Positions 18,372-28,058 of a stretch of 31,139 bases of DNA are shown piece after piece. The position numbers were made by a program, and so were the translations under genes. Below the pieces are notes generated by a model. It searched no databases. It saw only the letters and a program-made list of their open reading frames with translations, and had not been told where the DNA came from. The DNA comes from a virus (lineage: Duplodnaviria; Caudoviricetes): positions 1 through 31,139 of IMG/VR virus record IMGVR_UViG_3300028767_000071; one strand, given 5' to 3'. Position 1 is the first letter of the stretch; each line of letters opens with the position of its first letter.

Positions 18372-18730
18372 TTACTGGTTCCTATTAGTTTATCATCTTT
18401 CATTTTTTCCCAGATAGCAGATAATTCATTATAGGCATATGCAAGCTGTTTCAATGCAGCCTTGCAATTTATAGCATTGTATTTGTCGCCCTTAACATCT
18501 AGGTCTCTACGTTGATATGCCTTAATTGCTTTTTCCAATTCTTTACGAGCTTTGAATAAGTTGTCAAAAGCCTTTCTCATGATCATTTCAGGAATCGAAT
18601 CATTTACCGTTTTCGGTTCTGCCTTCGAGTAAAATACAGAATCAGCTTCAGCAAACTCTTTTTCAAATCGGTTCTGCGACGTAGACTGAAGGCAAATAAG
18701 CAGAACCGAAATTAATAGGATTGGCTTCAT
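18368..18730 (-). CDS. secreted/envelope protein of the lysis region
   Basis: Signal-peptide-like N-terminus, helical body. Confidence 0.65.
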   Translation of the reverse strand: MKPILLISVLLICLQSTSQNRFEKEFAEADSVFYSKAEPKTVNDSIPEMIMRKAFDNLFKARKELEKAIKAYQRRDLDVKGDKYNAINCKAALKQLAYAYNELSAIWEKMKDDKLIGTSK

Positions 18731-18731
18731 T

Positions 18732-19196
18732 TTACGAAGGTGTTACAATAGGTTTTTTTGGTATAATCTGTACCCATGCTTCTTTGGCCTCAACCATAAC
18801 AGTCTTTCCGGCCGCTGCCGCCTCTTTTAATGAGTTCTGATCAACTGAACCGTCGTTTTTAATGGCATTATCTACAAGTCCGGCAAAGTTGGATACAGAC
18901 AAAGAAACGTCACTTAATTCCTTAGTCACAATTGTTGTTTTACCTGCAATAAGCTTAATAGTCTTTGTAACTCCATTTTTTGAAAGAATACCAGCCACAT
19001 ACATTACTAAAACCCAAATGCCACTATCTTTTGCGTTATTCCAAATCTTTTGAAAGAATCCCAGCTGTGGAGCATCCGGCGCGGGTTGTTGTGTTTGAAC
19101 CTGTTCCTGTTGTGGCACGTTCGATACTTGAGCTAACACGGGTTGATACATTGTCAACGTCAGGCTGAATAGTATCAAGAAAATTACCTTTTTCAT
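18732..19196 (-). CDS. membrane protein of the lysis region
   Basis: Signal peptide plus one further hydrophobic segment. Confidence 0.7.
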   Translation of the reverse strand: MKKVIFLILFSLTLTMYQPVLAQVSNVPQQEQVQTQQPAPDAPQLGFFQKIWNNAKDSGIWVLVMYVAGILSKNGVTKTIKLIAGKTTIVTKELSDVSLSVSNFAGLVDNAIKNDGSVDQNSLKEAAAAGKTVMVEAKEAWVQIIPKKPIVTPS

Positions 19197-19240
19197 GTTT
19201 GAATTTTTTAAATAAATTTATGATTCCTGTAATTGAAATT

Positions 19241-19627
19241 TCAAGCGGGCGTTTCATTGTATTTGGTTTCTGTTGCAATCATTGTTTGTGAATATGTCAC
19301 AGATTCTTTTGTTAGATTATTTATTAATCCTTGATTGATAGTAGAGGCAATTCCTAAAAGCACTTGATTTTTTGCAGCTTTTGGTAGGCTAATAATGGTC
19401 TGAACGTCACCAAAATCCTTTAAGATAACTGGAAGCCATTGACGAAGCCATATTTTTACTGCATCGTCCAACGTTCCAGGAATTAGTGCGGTAAGAAGAT
19501 CGGCACCCGGACTATCAATCCATTTTTTAAACCTATTTACTACATCAATACCAATTGGCAAAAAGGCTTCGGCAGATGCGAACAATTTAATAATTAAACT
19601 TTTGATTTTCAATAATAGTGCTTTCAT
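19241..19627 (-). CDS. hypothetical protein, lysis region
   Basis: 128 aa amphipathic ORF in the operon. Confidence 0.7.
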   Translation of the reverse strand: MKALLLKIKSLIIKLFASAEAFLPIGIDVVNRFKKWIDSPGADLLTALIPGTLDDAVKIWLRQWLPVILKDFGDVQTIISLPKAAKNQVLLGIASTINQGLINNLTKESVTYSQTMIATETKYNETPA

Positions 19628-19629
19628 AA

Positions 19630-19827
19630 TTAATTTTTAAGAAGTTTTTTTATATCTGTATGAATCTCATTCAATAATTTGTCTTTATGATTTAACATCC
19701 TTTCCTTTTCACTTTCCCTTATCCTTCGATAAAAAGATACCGCGACAAAAGACGATGAACTTGCAGCAACGGCCAAAATCATATTTATGACTAGCAGCGT
19801 ATTTTCGGATAAAAGAAAATGCCTCAT
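19630..19827 (-). CDS. small single-TM protein (holin-like, tentative)
   Basis: TM segment plus charged tail; ends 2 nt before the next start. Confidence 0.5.
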   Translation of the reverse strand: MRHFLLSENTLLVINMILAVAASSSSFVAVSFYRRIRESEKERMLNHKDKLLNEIHTDIKKLLKN

Positions 19828-20149
19828 ACACAGATGCTAAAATTATAGACAAATATATACATAATTTATAATTGAAATAACTTTTGTTTTCAATTATTCC
19901 AACATAAACGAAAAGTAAAATAGCCAAAAAGAAAAATATGGCTGTGTAAAGAGATAAAAATCTAACTATGTGATTATTTGATTCAATCAAAAGTATAAGT
20001 GCAACAACTATCCATGATACGTGACCAGTCAGGGCATACATTATATTTAGTTTTTCCCTTGTAATTTCAAAGTCAAAAGAGAAAACAATGTACGATAAAA
20101 TGATCATTACAAGATAAGCTATTGCACCTATATCTGATAACTTTTTCAC
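19709..20149 (-). CDS. multi-TM membrane protein (holin candidate)
   Basis: About four hydrophobic segments; GTG start overlapping an upstream TGA. Confidence 0.65.
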   Translation of the reverse strand: MKKLSDIGAIAYLVMIILSYIVFSFDFEITREKLNIMYALTGHVSWIVVALILLIESNNHIVRFLSLYTAIFFFLAILLFVYVGIIENKSYFNYKLCIYLSIILASVYEAFSFIRKYAASHKYDFGRCCKFIVFCRGIFLSKDKGK

Positions 20150-20235
20150 TTTTTTGATTTTGCTTTTTTAGGCTTCTTAGTAGATTGAGTTACCCCTTTT
20201 TTGATAGGTGGTAATTCCGGTTCTTCATTTGGCAT
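20146..20235 (-). CDS. 29-aa basic peptide
   Basis: MPNEEPELPPIKKGVTQSTKKPKKAKSKK; GTGA overlap with the next gene. Confidence 0.4.
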   Translation of the reverse strand: MPNEEPELPPIKKGVTQSTKKPKKAKSKK

Positions 20236-20259
20236 GATGTTAATTTTTAAATGTAAATA

Positions 20260-20805
20260 CTAAAACTGTTTATTCATTGGCATTAAAGAATCCTTCAGAG
20301 ATGTGCCCCGATGAATTTCTTCAAAGATAATATTCATGTGCCATTGATAGGTGTATTTGTCGATTGATTCACCAGGCTTTAAAACATATCTTTGATCGTA
20401 ATATTTATCACCCAGTGTCCGTAAAATATAAGCATCCTTGAGGCTTAAATAGTCCTTTTTATCGGCTTTATCCGTATTGTTTGCAAATGTTGAAGCGATA
20501 ACCCCTCCATAAATTGTAACTATAAATAAAACTATTCCAAGTGTCCATTTAACCATTCCTGTTAATTTACTTTCAAGCTTATCATACTTCTTTTCTTGCT
20601 TCTCATAAAATAAATCTGATTTTTCTTCACGGTCTGCAAAATAAGCGGCTGATTCTGCTTTCAAGTGAGTAAACATGTCGGACGTTTCACCAATAAAGTT
20701 TTTAATTGCATTTTCAGATTTAATTTCAAAATCTTTAAACACATCATTTGAGCGTTTTGTGATGTTGTTAAAACACTCTTCGCATTTTTGTTGTGTTTCG
20801 TCCAT
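20260..20805 (-). CDS. coiled-coil plus single-TM protein
   Basis: 181 aa, TM segment WTLGIVLFIVTIYGGVIA. Confidence 0.7.
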   Translation of the reverse strand: MDETQQKCEECFNNITKRSNDVFKDFEIKSENAIKNFIGETSDMFTHLKAESAAYFADREEKSDLFYEKQEKKYDKLESKLTGMVKWTLGIVLFIVTIYGGVIASTFANNTDKADKKDYLSLKDAYILRTLGDKYYDQRYVLKPGESIDKYTYQWHMNIIFEEIHRGTSLKDSLMPMNKQF

Positions 20806-20879
20806 TCTGTTATTTATAATTCTGGGGTCAACCGAAAGTTTTTATTATGAAATTTAGTTCAAAAAGTTCCCTATACGAA

Positions 20880-22583
20880 CTAAGGATAAATTACCGCATA
20901 TACAGCGTCTTTCAATTTTTTATGCCCTGCCGTGTGTGGGTGTACTGCATTTGCAAAATCATCAGGATAAGTAAGAATTGTTTTCCCTACGATATGAGTG
21001 CAATAAGTTGATCTTGCTGTACACAATGAAGCTATACGAGTGCGGTAATCATCAAGTGTTGCGTCTTCTTTTGCGTCACCTCTTATAAGTGGACTCAAAC
21101 AAAATACCTCAATAGTTGCATCAAGTGTGTGAATAGCATCCAATAAGGCCGCATAATAACCCTCAAAAGTTGCAGCTGCTGTATTTGCGACACCCCAATC
21201 GTTAGTAGCTGCCTCAATTAGTACAATTTTTCGAGTTGTTGTAAGGGCAAATAATGAAGTCAAATATCCTATTGTTCTGGTGACAAGTGGAGATGTGCCT
21301 GCAAAATGTTTTATTTGACCAAAACCAAATCCCAAAGAGGCAATATTTTTACTATTTTCAATTTCAAAAAGTCTTACAAATCCCTGCGTTTCAGGTATTG
21401 TTGCAGCATCACTCACAGAAATTGAATCGCCAATACATACCAGTTTTTCAGGATGTGACACCTCGTTTATTTTTGTGATATTCTTACACTTTACCGATGT
21501 CAAAAATGTTCCCACAACAGAATCAAATCCTGATACACCCGCCTGAGTACCCTCCATTAAGGTAACTTTTTTATTACCGACAGGAAGGAATATAATTTTT
21601 TCGGTGAAAGCATATAGATAATATTGTGCAAAATATACATTATCAATAAAGACGGTAAGCAAAGAACTCCCAGAACCACCTAGTTGCAACGTGGGGTTTG
21701 CTTTGATCAAAATATTAGTATCGGTCGTGTAAAACTCATATTTGGCAAATGCCATTTTTCTTTTATATGTAGTTTCATCCTTATAATCAACAGAATTAAG
21801 CATTATTCCATCATACTTTTCTTTGAGATTATAGGGTGAATCTTTCATTACTCCAAAATTGGTTGCATAACGTTCTTGCAAATAGTCCATTACTTGCATT
21901 TTTTCATATCCCGTATGCGCTCCTGAGTAAATTATTAATTCATAAAAATCGAAATTACAACAAGCTGTATCCAAGTTTGCATAACCACCTATTTCGATGC
22001 CTTTTGTAATATTGTTTGAGCCAACTGTTGTAGTAACCTTACTTGCGCCATTTCTAATAAATTCTGAAGTTGCAGCTCTAACCACCTGACAATAACAACT
22101 CAAATCGGTAGAATATGCTGTTTCGATCACCGCAGATGCACCAGCATTAATCCCAAATCTACCAACAGGGGTTCCACCCATAAGATAAATTAATGCAGTG
22201 TAAGGCGTAGCTGGTGTGCCACATTGCGCCCTGTCTGGTGTTGACGATAAAAACTTTGAAACCATGTAAATAGTATATGGTTGGGCGATTGTAAAAATGT
22301 CAGTTATCAACCTATTTTTCACCCCATTAAAAGTTATTTTATTATGCCCGTTTAAGGAATTTGCCGTAATAGTTGGATAATTATCAACTCCTGCACCAAC
22401 TGCATGATGATTGTTACCCTACAGGTCGGTCAACTGCGATGCCTTGCCCGATGAATCAACAACATCATCCGACCTTAACCACAATGCAAGGTTTGATAAG
22501 TCCGTTGGAACTATCGATGGATAGCTAATATTTGTCCCTAGTTTAACTACCCCCAAACCTATATGTGTGTTTATTCCTGGCAT
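20880..22583 (-). CDS. virion-associated SGNH/GDSL hydrolase with N-terminal beta-sandwich (LamG-like) domain; in-frame TAG at 22419-22421
   Basis: IGDSIS, TND, VHP..AGH; frame extends to ATG 22583 through LWLRSD...TDL*GNNHHA. Confidence 0.75.
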
Positions 22584-22584
22584 T

Positions 22585-22647
22585 TTACAGGGGTTTTAGC
22601 CAGTATTTAATAATGTCTGTCGCTGCTGTCTGAGTTATATTTTTCAT
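22585..22647 (-). other. 20-aa mini-ORF duplicating the C-terminus of the upstream gene
   Basis: MKNITQTAATDIIKYWLKPL versus ...VTQTAATDVICYYLKLL. Confidence 0.6.
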
Positions 22648-22648
22648 G

Positions 22649-23224
22649 TTATAATAGTTTTAAATAATAACAAATAACATCTGTAGCGGCTGTTTGAGTT
22701 ACTGAAGTAACTTTATTTACCAAAGGTCCACCCATTCCTAAAGGTATTCCAACGCCTACAATTCCCTCATCTACATCGGCCGAAACTGTTACACCTACTG
22801 TTTTTTCACATGATGCAATTTTAGAACCATCAAACCACGAGGTGCAATAATAAGCATAGTAGTTAGCTGGCATACTTGTTTTAGCCGTTCCCGTAACGAT
22901 TAGTACTTTTTTGCCAAGCGCATCATCTTGTTTTGATGCTGTTGAAACTCCGGTAGCAATTCCTAGTCCAAGTAACGTTAGTGACTCAGTTACTTGTAAG
23001 ACTGTTGTAAATCCAGTTACCCCGTTAATAGTCCAATCGGTAGGTAAGTGTCCGGTAACCATAATATCAACATCGCCAACCGGTGGAACTATTTTAATTA
23101 ACCCAGATATTGCTGCTACTGTAAAGTGTCCTGAAGTGAATGGTTTTTCATAACTAGGGACGCCAACTACTGAAATATAAAAATTTCCGTTTGGTGTTTT
23201 TGTTAAAGTTACTGATCCTGCCAT
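22649..23224 (-). CDS. putative structural protein
   Basis: 191 aa, G/T/V-rich, in the tail region. Confidence 0.7.
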   Translation of the reverse strand: MAGSVTLTKTPNGNFYISVVGVPSYEKPFTSGHFTVAAISGLIKIVPPVGDVDIMVTGHLPTDWTINGVTGFTTVLQVTESLTLLGLGIATGVSTASKQDDALGKKVLIVTGTAKTSMPANYYAYYCTSWFDGSKIASCEKTVGVTVSADVDEGIVGVGIPLGMGGPLVNKVTSVTQTAATDVICYYLKLL

Positions 23225-23298
23225 GATTGATGATTATTTAATGTTAAAAAAACACTATAAAAGTAAATATATTTTTTAAAGTATGTTATAAAGCACTA

Positions 23299-24042
23299 TT
23301 ATTTTTTTGCGTTGCTTTCATCATTATTATACACACATCTTGCTGATGAAGTTAAAGAACTCCAAGTAGTTGAATTTTGAACTTCTGTTATTGACGTACC
23401 ATCATTAAAATGAGTACATATAAAATTCTGAACAGTCCATACTTGAGAACCTATTTTTACTGTTGCATAAATATTACCGTCGTAATCTATTAATATACCA
23501 GGGTCTATTGAATCATCTTTTATTAATCTGATAGGACATCCCTGAACCTTAAATATTAATGCCTGCCATCCAAAATATGATGAATTATAAACAGCGGCCT
23601 GACAACAATATGCGTAAGTTGCATCGTAGCTATTTGAAGCCCATAAATAACAAACCTGATTTATTCCTGAAAACGAACCTGTTTCATTTCTTAATCCGGT
23701 ACCTCGAAGAACATAGTTATATCCATTCGTTGCGCCAGTATTTGGCGAATTCCAATAATCATATCCAGTTTCTTTAAGCTTACCTCCTGCGTAATTTGCA
23801 CCACCTAATGTCAAGCCAAGTGCATAAAATTCTAATCTAGTAGGAACATGCCATCCAACCGGAGCAATACTTGCTCCTCCAGTGCTGTAAGTTACTGCAT
23901 ACCAATTATAAAGATATCCATATTTTACTGGTGTAATTTGCTGTTCTTGTGGGTAACTCCAAAAAAAGTTAGAATATTGTTGACAGTTACATGATGAAAT
24001 AATCATCAAAAAAAATACAGTTAAAAAAAATATCTTTTTCAT
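23299..24042 (-). CDS. FISUMP (Fibrobacter succinogenes major paralogous) domain protein, circularly permuted
   Basis: YGYLYNWYAV, PVGWHVPT, AGGKLKETG, IRLIKD, DYDGNIYATVKIGSQVW; signal/lipoprotein-like N-terminus. Confidence 0.85.
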   Translation of the reverse strand: MKKIFFLTVFFLMIISSCNCQQYSNFFWSYPQEQQITPVKYGYLYNWYAVTYSTGGASIAPVGWHVPTRLEFYALGLTLGGANYAGGKLKETGYDYWNSPNTGATNGYNYVLRGTGLRNETGSFSGINQVCYLWASNSYDATYAYCCQAAVYNSSYFGWQALIFKVQGCPIRLIKDDSIDPGILIDYDGNIYATVKIGSQVWTVQNFICTHFNDGTSITEVQNSTTWSSLTSSARCVYNNDESNAKK

Positions 24043-24647
24043 TACCTTCCGTTTATGTAAATATTATTTCCTGATCTGTAATAGCTTGTAATATAAGTAC
24101 CTGAACTTTTTGATTTCAAAGTATTTGTGTGGGCATTAGTGATAGTTCCTAAAATGTTTGGTGAAACATTCAGCGTGTAACTCGACCCAACGATGAAAGT
24201 AACCACAGCGGCCCCGGTGTATGTTATTTCAATATTTCCAGTTTTTCCATTATTTAGATTTGAAAGCGTGATTGAAATATTTGTATTTGTTGAAATGTTC
24301 GCGTTTATGTGTGCTGAAACATTGTGAGTATAGTTAGTATTTGCCGTTGCAGAATATGGCGTTACATCTTGATCGGTTAATATTGTCAGTGTATCGCGAT
24401 TACTGTACCAAAGTGATGTATTTGTACAATAGATTGAATCGAGTTCGTTGGTATTGCTTAAGTCAAACTTATTCCATGCGTGTTGCCCCTTGAACATCCA
24501 AACAGCAGAATCAGCAGTATTGTAGTAAAAAATAGGATTGTTCGGAGCAATTAATTTTTTGATAGATGAATTTGGTAACGGACTTGCATTTTGCGAATGT
24601 GCAATGAATCCGACCAAAATAAATACAATTGTGAATAATTTTTTCAT
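24042..24647 (-). CDS. putative tail-fibre-related protein with signal-like N-terminus
   Basis: N/T/S-rich beta-type composition. Confidence 0.7.
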   Translation of the reverse strand: MKKLFTIVFILVGFIAHSQNASPLPNSSIKKLIAPNNPIFYYNTADSAVWMFKGQHAWNKFDLSNTNELDSIYCTNTSLWYSNRDTLTILTDQDVTPYSATANTNYTHNVSAHINANISTNTNISITLSNLNNGKTGNIEITYTGAAVVTFIVGSSYTLNVSPNILGTITNAHTNTLKSKSSGTYITSYYRSGNNIYINGR

Positions 24648-24648
24648 A

Positions 24649-25329
24649 TCAATTTTTTATTAAAATGTATCCTGAAATTAATTCGCCGGTTCCAGAAAAT
24701 AACACAGAATCTATTAATCCGTCAATTGAAGAAAGCGTTAACTGCGGATCAATAGGAAGTCTGGAATATTTACCTGCTTCAACAAATTGCCAGACTTCAA
24801 ACTGAGGATTTTGGCCGTAGTCCTGCATCGGGTTAAAAGAAACATTGTTTGAGTCTTCCAATGATTCTCTATAATTTGAAATTTCTGGGCTATAAACATC
24901 TGTAAATTCTATTCTCCGCCCGTTTGGATCATTGCCCCAAAGAACTGACATTGAAAATTTATTGTTATTGCTGACCGCAATTGGATGAAGTCTATAAAGT
25001 AGTTCGGTAGGAAGTAAAATAGAATATCCCTTATAAGCTGACTTGTGAACTATTCCCATTTTACCGGAAGTCGGGCAACCCTGTTTAAAAACGTCACTTA
25101 CTAATATCGTACCAACTCCGGTAGAAATAACTAAGTAAGGAACTCCGACAAAATCAGTGAAAGCGTAATCAGCATCTTTGAGATTAGCCCCAATATTATT
25201 GGTGTCAATTGCATTTACCTTTATTCCGTACGTTGCTGCGGTTAAAGGTGTTTCCCTGTCAATCTGATAAACTGATTGAGCAATTGTAAACCACGCCGAA
25301 GATGTATTATATTTCGATAAATCACTCAT
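24649..25329 (-). CDS. putative structural protein
   Basis: 226 aa, tightly packed in the operon. Confidence 0.75.
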   Translation of the reverse strand: MSDLSKYNTSSAWFTIAQSVYQIDRETPLTAATYGIKVNAIDTNNIGANLKDADYAFTDFVGVPYLVISTGVGTILVSDVFKQGCPTSGKMGIVHKSAYKGYSILLPTELLYRLHPIAVSNNNKFSMSVLWGNDPNGRRIEFTDVYSPEISNYRESLEDSNNVSFNPMQDYGQNPQFEVWQFVEAGKYSRLPIDPQLTLSSIDGLIDSVLFSGTGELISGYILIKN

Positions 25330-25331
25330 TT

Positions 25332-26009
25332 TTAGTTAAATATTAGTTCTACCCTCATAGGTAGCGGATTAGGTGCAAAACCTTCTATTAGCACTGTTAA
25401 ACCATTTCCTACAACTCCCGTATAAGCAGTTCCACGATCAAAGCTCAACATACGTTCAGCCGAACCGTTGATTTCAAATACTTTTATATCAACTATCTTT
25501 CTTCCGGTTAAATTATGAGTTACAAGTAAGTTGTAAGTATCATCAACCTCCAATGTCCATCCGGTAGGGTAGTCTGTTGTTTCAATTGCGGCGGATATTC
25601 TGGTTGCAACACTTCCAGAAGATGAAGTAAAGTTAATAGTATAAGGATTTTGTTTAAGTTTTAATAAGTCTTGAATAATTATATAGAGGGCGTTTGCAAA
25701 TCCCATAACTTCTGCGAGTGCATCCTCTACATTTTCAGCGTCAAAAATTCCGGCCAAATCAGCAAGCGTTACATCTTCTGCCTTGACGGTTGCAGGAAAT
25801 GTAACAGGTTCTAATGTTGTACAATCTGCTTTAAACCAATAAAGTTGATCAACAATAATTAAAGGCATAAATTTATGTCTTAATCCTATGTCAATTCCCG
25901 CCAACGCCTCAGCCTCCGAAGCCCACGGAACATTGTTATTTAGATATGCTTCCTGGATTGGTCTTCCGGTAGTTGATTTAAAACCTATGTCAATTGGTAT
26001 TCCTATCAT
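25332..26009 (-). CDS. putative tail/fibre protein
   Basis: AENVEDALAEV resembles phage fibre helical motifs. Confidence 0.75.
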   Translation of the reverse strand: MIGIPIDIGFKSTTGRPIQEAYLNNNVPWASEAEALAGIDIGLRHKFMPLIIVDQLYWFKADCTTLEPVTFPATVKAEDVTLADLAGIFDAENVEDALAEVMGFANALYIIIQDLLKLKQNPYTINFTSSSGSVATRISAAIETTDYPTGWTLEVDDTYNLLVTHNLTGRKIVDIKVFEINGSAERMLSFDRGTAYTGVVGNGLTVLIEGFAPNPLPMRVELIFN

Positions 26010-26026
26010 TGCTTAAAATTTATAGC

Positions 26027-27238
26027 TTAAAATTTATAGGTTAAAGTTAATAATGTTGCTGGTTCAGGTGCATAAGTTATAGGACAAACAAAAGTGTAAA
26101 TGTTCATTAATACACTGTTTGATCCAAAAGTAAAAGTCGCCTGTGTTTTTTCAAATGCACTCATAAGATCGTAAACGTTCCACATTAAAATACTTGATAG
26201 TTCCCCGAATGATGCAGGATAAGCAAAACAGTTTCGGGTTCCAAGTTCGTTATAATACTGGATTGTTGTATCTTCTTTAACGGCTAATAACTCAGTCATT
26301 GCCTTGACTTCTGATTCATAAGGCGGGTTATTTGTCACAGCACCGACATACATTTTAGTAGTGATATCCGGAATAATCGGATTTGATTCAATGATACCTA
26401 AATTATCAACATTAATACCGATAGCGTTCTTTTGTGATAGCTTCAGGGTTGCCTGAAAAGATGTTGAGTTTCCAAATAAAGTAGGGTCTATTTCACTTTT
26501 CTTAATATACTGAATACTATTAACTGTAAATAAATCCAAATTGCTTACCATCCCTATTTTAGCTATCATGTAATCCGGCACTGCTGCAATTTTCAATACT
26601 TTTCCTGTGTAGTATGATGCTGAAAGAATAGTATTGCTTTGTGAACCTTCGAGCACTTCTGATTTATCAATGTCGTTTACTTCTACATCCATCGCCTCGA
26701 TATAAAAATCAAGATAATTCCCGGTATTTGCCAATACAGACCAATCTATGAATCTATTATCTAAGTCTGATTCAATCCTATCAAGGTTTGAATATTTTAT
26801 GTATTTGATAGTTCCTTTGTTTATCTGTTCTGTCAAATCTGTGACTAAAACAGGTTCGCTGGTTAATACATCTGAACCCTGTATAGCGGTAAAATAGATA
26901 TGTTTGTCGAAGTAGTCAGAATCTAAAGTAACAACAAAATTAGTATAATACCTCATATTTGTTGATCCGTAATGCGAAGTATAACCAGCCGAAATACTTT
27001 CAATTTGTGTGATTATAGGAAGTTTATAAAATGATTTAAGTGTAATTGTCGCGTCTGTATCTGATTCAAATTGCAAGTAAAGTACATGGTTTTTATTAAA
27101 CTTTTGAAAATATGGAATTATCAAATTATTAGAGTGTTTTCGATCCGCATGTAGTGTATTCCACATATTTGGAAATTCAGTCGGATAGGTTGCCAACTTT
27201 TTAAATGTGACGCTATTTAATATTGAACTTGATATCAT
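26027..27238 (-). CDS. putative tail protein
   Basis: 403 aa in the late operon. Confidence 0.75.
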   Translation of the reverse strand: MISSSILNSVTFKKLATYPTEFPNMWNTLHADRKHSNNLIIPYFQKFNKNHVLYLQFESDTDATITLKSFYKLPIITQIESISAGYTSHYGSTNMRYYTNFVVTLDSDYFDKHIYFTAIQGSDVLTSEPVLVTDLTEQINKGTIKYIKYSNLDRIESDLDNRFIDWSVLANTGNYLDFYIEAMDVEVNDIDKSEVLEGSQSNTILSASYYTGKVLKIAAVPDYMIAKIGMVSNLDLFTVNSIQYIKKSEIDPTLFGNSTSFQATLKLSQKNAIGINVDNLGIIESNPIIPDITTKMYVGAVTNNPPYESEVKAMTELLAVKEDTTIQYYNELGTRNCFAYPASFGELSSILMWNVYDLMSAFEKTQATFTFGSNSVLMNIYTFVCPITYAPEPATLLTLTYKF

Positions 27239-27333
27239 TATCGAATGTTTTCACAAATTTATAAAATGTTTTCAAACATACGTTTATATTTGATAGTTAT
27301 TTTTATTGGTAGTAAATTGCAGACTTAAAATTC

Positions 27334-27360
27334 TTCACGAATATACCTTTTTGAACTAAC
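27334..27360 (+). repeat. array left-end sequence, copy 2
   Basis: Exact 27-bp match to 6186-6212. Confidence 0.95.
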
Positions 27361-27484
27361 GCTCGAGTGCTATGTGCAGGGCTGGATTTCGGGCGGTGTC
27401 CGTTATTTGTCAGCGATGCAGCCCGGGCGGAAAGGTAAGGCTCGAAAATCAGAACTGCCAGACTTGACACATAGCATCAAGTTA
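27357..27484. repeat. attC-like hairpin H6
   Basis: TAAC..120 bp..GTTA; arms TGCTATGTGCAGGGCTGG / CCAGACTTGACACATAGCA. Confidence 0.85.
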
Positions 27485-27512
27485 TTTGCCGTTTTTAATT
27501 AAATCCAATACG

Positions 27513-27887
27513 ATGAAACAAATACAATTCAAAGACATTTCAGTCAAAATTTATACAGATGCAGTCGAATATACTAACGACTGGTTTGGAATGCCTGAAG
27601 GCGCAATCTTAGACAAAAGTTCTGTTCCTGAAAGTGCGGGAATGGCAGATATTATAGGAAAAGAAATTGCAATTTTTACTACAAAACTTTGCTCTTTCGA
27701 CGACTTGTTATCTACCGTTGCTCACGAATTAGGACACTTGGTAGAAAATGGGTTTAAAAAGAATCCACCACAAAAACCACGATACGAAAAACGTCACGAA
27801 CTAAAAGCAGAACATTATGAGTCTTTCACAATTGATTCATATAGACTGTCACGCCAGATTTACGGACTCACGTTCAGCGAGCTTTAA
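27513..27887 (+). CDS. cassette 6 cargo: small HExxH zinc-metallopeptidase-like protein
   Basis: TVAHELGH plus a downstream E; IR GTTATTTGCCGTTTT (27481) / AAAATGGCAATATAAC (27886-27901). Confidence 0.75.
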   Translation: MKQIQFKDISVKIYTDAVEYTNDWFGMPEGAILDKSSVPESAGMADIIGKEIAIFTTKLCSFDDLLSTVAHELGHLVENGFKKNPPQKPRYEKRHELKAEHYESFTIDSYRLSRQIYGLTFSEL

Positions 27888-27897
27888 AATGGCAATA

Positions 27898-28021
27898 TAA
27901 CGGTGGTGGTATGAAATCGGTTGGGATTTCGAAGTACAACCATGTCAAGTTACAAAACACTTGCTACGGGCTACCAAGTTTGACAAACCACTAAAACCCA
28001 ACTGTTTTATACCACGTGTTA
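27898..28021. repeat. attC-like hairpin H7
   Basis: TAAC..116 bp..GTTA; arms GTGGTATGAAATCGGTTGGG / CCCAACTGTTTTATACCAC. Confidence 0.9.
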
Positions 28022-28058
28022 TACACAGGCATTTATTTAAAATTCAAATAATTACAAA

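Noticed and set aside
22585-22702. DGR template/variable repeat pair
   Set aside because: Differences are not adenine-specific and many are synonymous; no reverse transcriptase in the window.
26011-26038. 14-bp tandem duplication GCTTAAAATTTATA over a stop codon
   Set aside because: Local duplication with no element between the copies; no evidence of function.
6209-28021. CRISPR array interpretation of the recurring spacers
   Set aside because: Units are separated by whole genes and are conserved in structure rather than identical in sequence; no cas genes.
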